NCBI GenBank assembly: GCA_951813565.1
Contig: OX638351.1
Coordinates: 352,001 to 416,000, forward strand
Length of the DNA: 64,000 nt
Reading direction: 5' to 3'
DNA from: an uncultured Poribacteria bacterium
Lineage (GTDB): Bacteria; Poribacteria; WGA-4E; WGA-3G
Shown here piece after piece: positions 10,584-18,976 of this stretch (position 1 is its first letter; each line of letters begins with the position of its first letter). A program made the position numbers and the translations under genes. The notes under the pieces were generated by a model. That model searched no databases. It saw only the letters and a program-made list of their open reading frames with translations, and had not been told where the DNA came from.

Positions 10584-10590
10584 TACTTTA

Positions 10591-11601
10591 ACGTGAGTTT
10601 GATAAATAATTAGAAGTTACATATCATTGGCAACTGATAGTCATTTTCCTGGAGTTCTTTGTGTTTGAGTGAAGGTTTCTTCGTCAGACAGGTATAAGCG
10701 ATCAAGGCAGCAACTGTGTTCACTTGAAAGTTAACAGGACTTCTATGCCGTGTGTGTTGTATTTCTGTCTGAGTTTTGAGTTCTTTATTCACCGACTCAA
10801 TGAGCATCCGTTTTCGTAAAAGTGCTGCATCAGCCTGAGACAAAGGTTCAGGTTTCATGTTCTTACGCACCTTGTAAATGAGTGCCACACCGTCTTCTTG
10901 GAGCCTCTCCCGCAGGTTTTTCGCGATGTATCCTTTATCGGCAAAAACTTTGCCAAAGAGCCCTTGACACAACTGTGGCACGGGTTTCCTGTCATCTACG
11001 TTTCCCGCTGTTACCATAGCTGACAAAAGCTCACCTTGGTCGTTGATGACGAGATGGAGTTTGAAACCATAGAACCACCCCATAGAGGTTTTAGAACGCC
11101 CCGCATCATCAGCGAAGACGCGATGCGTTGAAATCCGACGATTGTGGCAGACCGGGAGAGGCGTTGAGTCTATGAAGGAAATCCCGCGACATTCACCGAA
11201 ACGGGTGTTTAGAAGAATAGACAACGGCACCAATACCTCTTGTGAGAGCTGCACAAAACGGCTATAACTGACAAGGTTTGGAAATGCCCAACGCAACTCG
11301 CAGCAAACATAATCCTGATAATAGGCTCTAAAGTTTTTATACCGCTTCTGATGAAAATGAACCAGTATCGTCATGACTTCGCTCGGATGAAGGCGCCTGG
11401 GTCTGCCGCGTGTATTGCCTGTGCCGAGTATTTCCGGCAACTGGTGTTGTGCTCGATATTGTTCATACAAAAGAAAAAAGTCGTCAATTTCACAGAAAAG
11501 TGTTATCATATCCATCAGAGAACTCCTTTGTGAGTATTTGGTATACTTCATAATAACAAAGGGGTTCTCTATTTACCAGTTTTTAATTATCAAACTCACG
11601 T
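10591..11601 (-). mobile_element. IS982-family insertion sequence
   Basis: Perfect IR ACGTGAGTTTGATAA / TTATCAAACTCACGT around a transposase; no matching target duplication. Confidence 0.9.
10610..11551 (-). CDS. IS982-family DDE transposase (start may be the Met at about 11515)
   Basis: FPNLVSYSRF, IDSTPL, GWFYGFKLHL, ADKGY, RMLIESV motifs. Confidence 0.93.
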   Translation of the reverse strand: MKYTKYSQRSSLMDMITLFCEIDDFFLLYEQYRAQHQLPEILGTGNTRGRPRRLHPSEVMTILVHFHQKRYKNFRAYYQDYVCCELRWAFPNLVSYSRFVQLSQEVLVPLSILLNTRFGECRGISFIDSTPLPVCHNRRISTHRVFADDAGRSKTSMGWFYGFKLHLVINDQGELLSAMVTAGNVDDRKPVPQLCQGLFGKVFADKGYIAKNLRERLQEDGVALIYKVRKNMKPEPLSQADAALLRKRMLIESVNKELKTQTEIQHTRHRSPVNFQVNTVAALIAYTCLTKKPSLKHKELQENDYQLPMICNF

Positions 11602-11628
11602 TACCTTTAGGTAGTGGGTACCTATGAC
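11602..11628 (+). mobile_element. Truncated end of an IS200/IS605-type element
   Basis: TACCTTTAGGTAGTGGGTACCTATGAC is the reverse complement (1 mismatch) of 13561-13587. Confidence 0.7.
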
Positions 11629-12455
11629 TGAGACTCTCTTTTTTTGTGAACAGGCGATGCCGATTCCGAGCGTTGTGAGGGCGAACAGATGCTTTGCGAA
11701 CCCGTATCCACTGTGATAGGCGGGGCTGATGATGTAGAGCCACAGCACGAACATGAGGAGATAGATCAGATATTCTTTGAGGTGTTGCTCGGTGTCCGTG
11801 CTACAAAATGTCCAGAGTTCTGTAGCGAGTATGATGAGGACGAAAAGTCCGAAGGCTTCCCAACTCAGACAGCCTAAAAAAACGATGAAGCCGGAGAGGG
11901 CGGTGGCGAGGGATCTGCGCCATCCGGGTGTCATCTGCTCTTTGTAGAGGTAGCTGGTAACAGCAAGGACACCAAGCATCCAGCACCATGCGTCCCTGTC
12001 TCCAAAGCCTGCGGCACTGCGGCTGATGCTACCGGGAAGCGTTGCTAAGAGCAGGGAGACAGTGGTGGCGAAGAGGGGTCCATGGCCCCGCGCGAGGAAA
12101 AGAAAGAGGGCACCGAGCCCGAAGCAAAAGTAGGCGACAGGGAGGTAGCGTTGGATGTCATAGACTCTGAACCAGGGAAAGATTTTGTGCGTATAAGCGA
12201 TGGCATAAGAAAAAAGTGATAGCAGTTGCCCGTTATCTCTACCGAGGGGCAGCCAGCGCTCCATATCGCGGGCGGGTAAGTATCCGTGTTCCGCGATGGT
12301 TTGTGCTTGCTTGTAGTAAAGGTATGCATCGTTGCCTGTGAACTGTCCATCAGGGATCCGTTCCACGCCTTGTATCCGTAGCCAGAAGACGAGGATCAGG
12401 ATGCTGACGAAGCAGGCACCCAAAGGGCTTTTTGAAGAGAAAGGAAGCGTTGCAT
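11629..12455 (-). pseudogene. STT3/PglB-like oligosaccharyltransferase, frameshifted and 3' truncated
   Basis: FTGNDAYLYY, SRSAAGFGDRD, multiple TM helices; ATG at 12455 is out of frame with the 12423 ORF; C-terminal WWDYG domain absent. Confidence 0.7.
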
Positions 12456-12502
12456 AGGTGAGTTCTATGTTTCTTTTTTTCGCTGTCTCTACGGGTTAAT
12501 GA

Positions 12503-13510
12503 TCACTTTTTTAAGTCCAAATACGTAGGGCTATACTGTCCGGTTTTTACATCATAGAAATGTAGTGTGCCCGCCCGGCTGGCAATGACGAGGCGTTCAC
12601 CGTCTTGTGAGAATTTTACGGCAGAGAGATCATAGGTTTTGCGTCTATCTTTTGTCCTGAGCATTTTCTCTCTGTCTATATACGCAGGAAAACGGCACCG
12701 TAGACTGCGGGTGTTCACGTCCCAGAGCGTGAGTGTCTTGTCCGCGCTGGCTGTAGCGAGCGTGTGTCCATCGGGTGAAAAGGCGATATCGCGGATTTCA
12801 CCCGTGTGGGATTTGAGGGATTTTAGGAGGTTGCCGGTATTCACATCCCAGAGATGCGCTGTGAAGTCCCAGCCGCCGCCAGTCGCAAGGAGTTTGCCAT
12901 CGGGTGAAAAACAGATCCGGTTGATGGAGCCTAAGTCTTTATCGGGGGCGTGTCGTAATTCACCGGTGGTGATATCCCAGATCCGTAAGGTGCCTCCTGC
13001 ACTTGCGAGGGTTTTGCTGTCTGGCGAAAAGGCGAGGGCGTTGACCGCCCCTGGATGTCCTGTGAGACTCCGGATATATTTACCGGTGCTGATCTCCCAT
13101 AAACGAACTGTCCAGGTGCCGTCTGCTGTCGCAAGTTTTTTGCGATCGGGTGAAATGGCGAGTGCTGTAATAGAATCGGGGTATTCCTCAAATATAGCGA
13201 GTGCCTTGCCTGTTGCTGTCTCCGAGACGTAAATGCTTTTTCCGTGGGCACTGGCGAGCATGGATGCGTCCGCGGAGAATGTGAAAACCTCCGATGGGGG
13301 CATTTCACCGGGGGCGGGTGCTGTGAACTGTGAGACGGCATCGCCTGTGTGGGCATCGTGGACCGAGATGCCGTCGGACGTTGACACAGCAACACGGGTG
13401 CCGTTCGGTGAAATGATAATGTTCAAGGGCCCTGCCGTGTCCGAGCGGGAGAGTGGCAGGAACCCTAAGATGAAGATGCATGCGATGTAGAGACGCTCCG
13501 CCTTTTTCAT
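12503..13510 (-). CDS. Secreted WD40-repeat protein
   Basis: Signal peptide plus about 7 GH...FSPDG...WD repeats. Confidence 0.9.
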   Translation of the reverse strand: MKKAERLYIACIFILGFLPLSRSDTAGPLNIIISPNGTRVAVSTSDGISVHDAHTGDAVSQFTAPAPGEMPPSEVFTFSADASMLASAHGKSIYVSETATGKALAIFEEYPDSITALAISPDRKKLATADGTWTVRLWEISTGKYIRSLTGHPGAVNALAFSPDSKTLASAGGTLRIWDITTGELRHAPDKDLGSINRICFSPDGKLLATGGGWDFTAHLWDVNTGNLLKSLKSHTGEIRDIAFSPDGHTLATASADKTLTLWDVNTRSLRCRFPAYIDREKMLRTKDRRKTYDLSAVKFSQDGERLVIASRAGTLHFYDVKTGQYSPTYLDLKK

Positions 13511-13560
13511 ACACCTGAACCCCTTTTTTTCGCAAGAGTGCCATTCTGTAAACGTGGTTT

Positions 13561-13965
13561 GTCATAGGTACCCCCTACCTAAAGGTAGGGGCTTGTGCTT
13601 CCTTGCGACTGCGGTTTTCGCTTAGCGTCCACCGTCTTATTGTCGCTCCACTTTAGGCAGCCAAGCCTGCCCGTTTGATTTGTTTTTCGCAATGTCGTGG
13701 GTTGGCTCTGTTTCCACCCATTTTATAGCTGCCCTTTCTACCAGGCACGCCACGCGACAAGTCCTTAGACTTCGGGAGGGGGTGCCTCCGCTCACGCATT
13801 CCAGTCTGCAGTGCTGCAGTGGCTTGATATGGACGCTATCCACCAACTTTATAGGTTTCGTTATAGCGATGGGTTTTATTCCGCTTTCGCTGGACATTTC
13901 GTGCTGTCCATCACATCATTAGCCGTCTACATCCCCTACCTAAAGGCAGGCGGTTTGACGGGGAG
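13561..13965 (-). mobile_element. Non-autonomous IS200/IS605-derived element (about 400 bp)
   Basis: Subterminal hairpins CCCCTACCTAAAGGTAGGGG (13571-13590) and CCCCTACCTAAAGGCAGGCGG (13933-13953) in direct orientation; no convincing ORF. Confidence 0.75.
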
Positions 13966-14074
13966 TGCTAAAGAACGCTGCCGGGGGAAGCTTTTAGTGT
14001 CTGGCAGCGTTCTTTATTTCAGAGGACTGATTCGGCAGCCGCTGGTCGTAAAGCCGACCTGCAGCATGCACTAT

Positions 14075-14366
14075 TTAGTTATCATCGTCATCCTCAACTC
14101 TTTTGAGTTTGCCCTGCCAGTTAATGCCTTCCACGAAACATTCCGATTTCCCCGCTGCAGCTAGCGGACCCGATTCAAAAGCGCATGCAAATACCCAATT
14201 ATTTGCGAATTCTCCCTCATCTTCATCCGCAGGGTCGCAATCCGCGACATCGGCGAAGACTTTGTATGATCCATTCTTGTGTGCATGCAGTGGCACCGTA
14301 GGCGTGGGCTATTTTGACACACACTAGAACGCCGACAATGAGAAGTAAACTGGATAGAATTTTCAT
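14075..14366 (-). pseudogene. Frameshifted secreted hypothetical protein
   Basis: RBS AGGAG plus MKILSSLLLIVGVLVCVKIAHA signal peptide at 14366; protein-like sequence continues in another frame (HKNGSYKVFADVADCDP...). Confidence 0.45.
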
Positions 14367-14471
14367 AAGAATCTCCTTATTTTTCAGAGGGTTTTAACCA
14401 AATAATGATGCAAAAACTGACGGGACCCCTCTAAACCGCCTTGCATCCTAACCAATGACAGAAATGATAAC

Positions 14472-14639
14472 ATATTTGGCAAACGGTTTCAACAAAACAT
14501 TGAACAATTTTTTGTTGAAACCTGCCCAGAAATCTGATACCTTTGACGAAATCAAAACACATCGGAGAAACAAAATGAACTGCCCAAAATGTCAGCATCC
14601 GCACATTGTAAATCTCGGGGGCGGACAGTTTCCAAATAT
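14472..14639 (+). mobile_element. IS1-family remnant keeping the N-terminal Zn-ribbon start
   Basis: MNCPKCQHPHIV at 14575; imperfect IR ATATTTGGCAAACGG / CAGTTTCCAAATAT. Confidence 0.6.
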
Positions 14640-14643
14640 CATT

Positions 14644-14697
14644 AGTTAGTTAACACCTTCATTTTTCATCAGTTAGTTAACACCTTCATTTTTCATC
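14644..14697. repeat. 27-bp tandem duplication spanning the stop codon
   Basis: AGTTAGTTAACACCTTCATTTTTCATC twice, only in unit 1. Confidence 0.9.
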
Positions 14698-15444
14698 GTC
14701 CGTTAGGAACGTTTCGGGGTCATACCCGGCTGTATGCTCTTCAACAAAGTTGATTTCTGGGTATGATGCTTCCACACCATAGAAATAGATTTCTTCGGGT
14801 GTAAAATACCGGTCGTGGGTCCCAACGAGGGTCCTCGGAACACGAATGGTTCTGGGATTATCAGGGGGGGACCTGACCACATGTTTTTTCCACTTTACGT
14901 AAATGGTATCCGGATAGAGTGGATAGACTCTACCGTTACTGTCATCCAAGAAACCATTAATGAAATCGTGATCGCCTTGATTCCAGAGTTTTATCAAGAC
15001 GCGATAGATCATCTCGTGATCATGCATATCGCCTTTTTGATAATTCGGGTACCTATCATCGTCCCACAGGGGTGTCATCGGAAAACCCTCGGGGGTTTCT
15101 GGAAAATCAGCGGGGACTTTTTCCTCTGAACCCATATCGTCAGGTAAAAACGTATCCGCGAGGTCAAAGGTCTCGTTTTCCAACGCCTCTGTCTCCTCGA
15201 CCATCGTTTCTATGTCCGTGTTTTCTTCGGGCGTATTCACAACGCCTTCGGTTTGAAAATCAACAGGTGCGGTGCTTGTCGCCTGCTTGTTTTCGATCAA
15301 CGACACCGCTTGCGGTCTCTTTCCAAACTCGTTTTCAGTCGTGCGTTGGGCGTGCCAAATATATAGCAGGCTGCCCCCAACAACGATGACAAAGAAAGCG
15401 AGACCGGCTTGTATCAAACGACTGGAAAGTAAATTACGAAACAT
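14686..15444 (-). CDS. Membrane-anchored hypothetical protein, paralog 1
   Basis: N-terminal TM helix, acidic linker, globular C-domain; RBS GAGGTG before ATG. Confidence 0.85.
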   Translation of the reverse strand: MFRNLLSSRLIQAGLAFFVIVVGGSLLYIWHAQRTTENEFGKRPQAVSLIENKQATSTAPVDFQTEGVVNTPEENTDIETMVEETEALENETFDLADTFLPDDMGSEEKVPADFPETPEGFPMTPLWDDDRYPNYQKGDMHDHEMIYRVLIKLWNQGDHDFINGFLDDSNGRVYPLYPDTIYVKWKKHVVRSPPDNPRTIRVPRTLVGTHDRYFTPEEIYFYGVEASYPEINFVEEHTAGYDPETFLTDDEK

Positions 15445-15582
15445 ATATATTATCACCTCTCTCTTGGGGTTGATGGAAAAATGCCTGTAAGCAATAGGTA
15501 GGTTTTAACCAAATAATGATGCAAAAACTGACGGGACCCCTCTAAACCGCCTTGCATCCTAACCAATGACAGGAATGATAAC

Positions 15583-15851
15583 ATATTTGGCAAACGGTTT
15601 CAACAAAAAATTGAACAATTTTTTGTTGAAACCTGCCCAGAAATCTGATACCTTTGACGAAATCAAAACACATCGCATCGAGCGTAATAATTGCCAGATG
15701 AGACACTCGTTCGGAAGTTCTAAGCGAAAGTCCATTATTGTTTCAAAAAGCCTTGAGATGGTCGACCTAACGATTGCTTTGTTTGCGAAGTTTCGGGTCA
15801 ATGGAAATGTGTTTGACATTGTAAATCTCGGGGCGGACAGTTTCCAAATAT
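15583..15851 (+). mobile_element. IS1-family remnant keeping the transposase C-terminus
   Basis: THRIERNNCQMRH...KRKSIIVSKSLEMVDLTIALF resembles the InsB C-terminus; same ends as 14472-14639. Confidence 0.65.
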
Positions 15852-15870
15852 CATTAGTTAGTTAACACCT

Positions 15871-16629
15871 TCATTTTTCATCGTCCGTTAGGAACGTTTC
15901 GGGGTCATACCCGGCTGTATGCTTTTCAACAAAGTTGATTTCTGGGTATGATGCTTCCACACCATAGAAATAGAGTTCTTCGGGTGTAAAAAACCGGATG
16001 TGGGTCCCAACCATGCTCCCCGGAACACGAATGGTTCTGGGTTTATCAGGGGGGGACCTGACCACATGTTTTTTCCACTTTACGTAAATGGTATCCGGAT
16101 AGAGTGGATAGACTCTACCGTTACTGGTATCCCTGATACCAGTAATGAAATTGTGATCGCCTTGATTCCAGAGTTTTATCAAGACGCGATAGATCATCTC
16201 GTGACCAGGCATATCGCCTTTTTGATAATTCGGTAACGTATCATCGTCCCACAAGGGTGTCATCGGAAAACCCTCGGGGGTTTCTGGAAAATCAGCGGGG
16301 ACTTTTTCCTCTGAACCCATATCGTCAGGTAAAAACGTATCCGCGAGGTCAAAGGTCTCGTCTTCCAACGCCTCTGTCTCCTCGACCATCGTTTCTATGT
16401 CCGTGTTTTCTTTGGGCGTATTCACAACGCCTTCGGTTTGAAAATCAACAGGTGCGGTGCTTGTCGCCTGCTTGTTTTCGATCAACGACACCGCTTGCGG
16501 TCTCTTTCCAAACTCGTTTTCAGTCGTGCGTTGGGCGTGCCAAATATACAGCAGGCTGCCCCCAACAACGATGACAAAGAAAGCGAGACCGGCTTGTATC
16601 AAACGACTGGAAAGTAAATTACGAAACAT
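15871..16629 (-). CDS. Membrane-anchored hypothetical protein, paralog 2
   Basis: Near-identical to paralog 1 except clustered C-domain substitutions. Confidence 0.85.
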   Translation of the reverse strand: MFRNLLSSRLIQAGLAFFVIVVGGSLLYIWHAQRTTENEFGKRPQAVSLIENKQATSTAPVDFQTEGVVNTPKENTDIETMVEETEALEDETFDLADTFLPDDMGSEEKVPADFPETPEGFPMTPLWDDDTLPNYQKGDMPGHEMIYRVLIKLWNQGDHNFITGIRDTSNGRVYPLYPDTIYVKWKKHVVRSPPDKPRTIRVPGSMVGTHIRFFTPEELYFYGVEASYPEINFVEKHTAGYDPETFLTDDEK

Positions 16630-16700
16630 ATATATTATCACTCCTCTCTTGGGGTTGATGGACAAATGCCTGTAAGCAATAGGTAGGTTTTAACCAAATA

Positions 16701-17196
16701 ACGTGAGTTTGATAAATCCCGTAGGGAATCAACACCGAATGCGCCTACGGCATTCGGTGGGGTAGAACGGAAATGGAGAATAAAAACAGACCGTAAAGAG
16801 AGGTTGTTGACCTATTTGAGGTCGATATTTCCAAAAAAATAAGTGAAACCCAACTCTTTAGGACTGTCAAGACGGTTGAATTGTTGGGTTTCGCTTCGCT
16901 CTACCCATAGGTGTCAACTTAAAAAAAATGCTGGATTTTCTCTTGTGGGAGGGAAACCTTGTCCGCTCGATTTTCTTCTTGTAGGAGCGAGCTCCAGCTC
17001 GCGACCGTTCGTAATATGTCGCGACCAGGAGGTCGCTCCTACAGGAAGATAAAACAGCGCACTTACAACGCGCACCTATCGTCATCTCATAAGTTGGGTA
17101 TTTAGCACGCGTAAATTTCTTTAAGTTTACACCTATGGGTTTCGCTTTGCTCTACCCAACGGACATCTATACTCATTCTAATTATCAAGCTCACGT
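16701..17196. mobile_element. IS982-derived MITE with nested elements
   Basis: Ends ACGTGAGTTTGATAA / TTATCAAGCTCACGT; flanked by TAACCAAATA direct repeats (16691-16700, 17197-17206); empty site visible in the other two units. Confidence 0.92.
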
Positions 17197-17273
17197 TAAC
17201 CAAATAATGATGTAAAAACTGACGGGACCCCTCTAAACCGCCTTGCATCCTAACCAATGACAGGAATGATAAC

Positions 17274-17543
17274 ATATTTGGCAAACGGTTTCAACAAAAA
17301 ATTGAACAATTTTTTGTTGAAACCTGCCCAGAAATCTGATACCTTTGACGAAATCAAAACACATCGCATCGAGCGTAATAATTGCCAGATGAGACACTCG
17401 TTCGGAAGTTCTAAGCGAAAGTCCATTATTGTTTCAAAAAGCCTTGAGATGGTCGACCTAACGATTGCTTTGTTTGCGAAGTTTCGGGTCAATGGAAATG
17501 TGTTTGACATTGTAAATCTCGGGGGCGGACAGTTTCCAAATAT
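17274..17543 (+). mobile_element. IS1-family remnant (copy of 15583-15851)
   Basis: Essentially identical to the unit 2 remnant. Confidence 0.65.
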
Positions 17544-17562
17544 CATTAGTTAGTTAACACCT

Positions 17563-18318
17563 TCATTTTTCATCGTCCGTTAGGAACGTTTCGGGGTCAT
17601 ACCCGGCTGTATGCTTTTCAACAAAGTTGATTTCTGGGTATGATGCTTCCACACCATAGAAATAGAGTTCTTCGGGTGTAAAATACGGGTCGTGGGTCCC
17701 AACGACACCCCTCGGAACACGAATGGTTCTGCGATTATCAGGGGGCCCGACCGTCTGTTCTTTCCACCTTACGTAAAGGGTATCCGGATAGAGTGGATAG
17801 ACTCTACCATTATTGTAATCCAAGAAACCATTAATGAAATCGTGATCGCCTTGATTCCAGAGTTTTATCAAGACGCGATAGATCATCTCGTGATCATGCA
17901 TATCGCCTTTTTGATAATTCGGGAACATATCATCGTCCCACAAGGGTGTCATCGGAAAACCCTCGGGGGTTTCTGGAAAATCAGCGGGGACTTTTTCCTC
18001 TGAACCCATATCGTCAGGTAAAAACGTATCCGCGAGGTCAAAGGTCTCGTTTTCCAACGCCTCTGTCTCCTCGACCATCGTTTCTATGTCCGTGTTTTCT
18101 TCGGGCGTATTCACAACGCCTTCGGTTTGAAAATCAACAGGTGCGGTGCTTGTCGCCTGCTTGTTTTCGATCAACGACACCGCTTGCGGTCTCTTTCCAA
18201 ACTCGTTTTCAGTCGTGCGTTGGGCGTGCCAAATATACAGCAGGCTGCCCCCAACAACGATGACAAAGAAAGCGAGACCGGCTTGTATCAAACGACTGGA
18301 AAGTAAATTACGAAACAT
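17563..18318 (-). CDS. Membrane-anchored hypothetical protein, paralog 3
   Basis: As paralogs 1 and 2. Confidence 0.85.
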   Translation of the reverse strand: MFRNLLSSRLIQAGLAFFVIVVGGSLLYIWHAQRTTENEFGKRPQAVSLIENKQATSTAPVDFQTEGVVNTPEENTDIETMVEETEALENETFDLADTFLPDDMGSEEKVPADFPETPEGFPMTPLWDDDMFPNYQKGDMHDHEMIYRVLIKLWNQGDHDFINGFLDYNNGRVYPLYPDTLYVRWKEQTVGPPDNRRTIRVPRGVVGTHDPYFTPEELYFYGVEASYPEINFVEKHTAGYDPETFLTDDEK

Positions 18319-18429
18319 ATATATTATCACCTCTCTCTTGGGGTTGATGGAAAAATGCCTGTAAGCAATAGATAGGAGAGCGCGGCAATCCTTCCATTAT
18401 TAGGTGCGAACCTACTTGCGGGGTCATTC

Positions 18430-18720
18430 TTACGGGGTTGAATCACCACCACAATTATTATCTGAAGAACAACCGCAGTTAGCGTCAGCATTACCAGGAT
18501 CAAGACAGTCACAGTTGTAGCTACCAGAGCCAGACAATTGATTGGCGCTGCCACAACAGCCACCAGTCACAGTCGTATCTCCCCCGCAACATCCTTTCGC
18601 TGCCTCAGACTCTGAGGTATCCCAACTCCCTGTTAACATGAAAATACAGCCACCAACAAACAGCAAGGCGATCACTAAGTTACCAATCGTCTTTTGATGT
18701 GTTTTCAACATTTTACTCAT
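18430..18720 (-). CDS. Secreted Cys-rich protein, short or truncated variant (96 aa)
   Basis: MSKMLKTHQKTIGNLVIALLFVGGCIF...WDTSESEAAKGCCGG; near-identical to 23738-24211 up to DANCG. Confidence 0.75.
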   Translation of the reverse strand: MSKMLKTHQKTIGNLVIALLFVGGCIFMLTGSWDTSESEAAKGCCGGDTTVTGGCCGSANQLSGSGSYNCDCLDPGNADANCGCSSDNNCGGDSTP

Positions 18721-18861
18721 TATTCTTTCCCATATAGGGGGTTTGTAAAATACAAAAGTTATACAGAGTTTAACTAAAAAATATAAAACTTTACCTGGTC
18801 GCAACGCATGTTTGTGAGGAGACACGCGTAAAGGCATAGGATCAAGTTTCTATGTAAGAAC

Positions 18862-18890
18862 ATGATACCTGAACAGCCTATTTTTGTCAA
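18862..18890 (-). promoter_or_regulatory. Sigma70-type promoter of Cys-rich gene
   Basis: TTGACA-N17-TATCAT. Confidence 0.75.
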
Positions 18891-18976
18891 GTTCTTTTGT
18901 AGAAACATAGACGGAAGGATCAATCGGTAATATTGGAGGGATGGATACTCGTGGTATCGTATCATAGAACCTGATA

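Larger units (their letters stand above)
14390..18376. repeat. Tandem triplication of a roughly 1.1-1.2 kb unit (units start at 14390, 15501, 16686)
   Basis: Near-identical intergenic DNA and gene in each unit; third unit interrupted by a MITE. Confidence 0.95.

Noticed and set aside
13637..13897. 86-aa ORF as TnpB/IscB
   Set aside because: No RuvC, HNH or zinc-finger motifs recognisable
14390..18376. CRISPR array or complete DGR locus
   Set aside because: Repeats are kilobase gene duplications, and no cas, RT or template repeat is in the window; DGR kept only as a hypothesis
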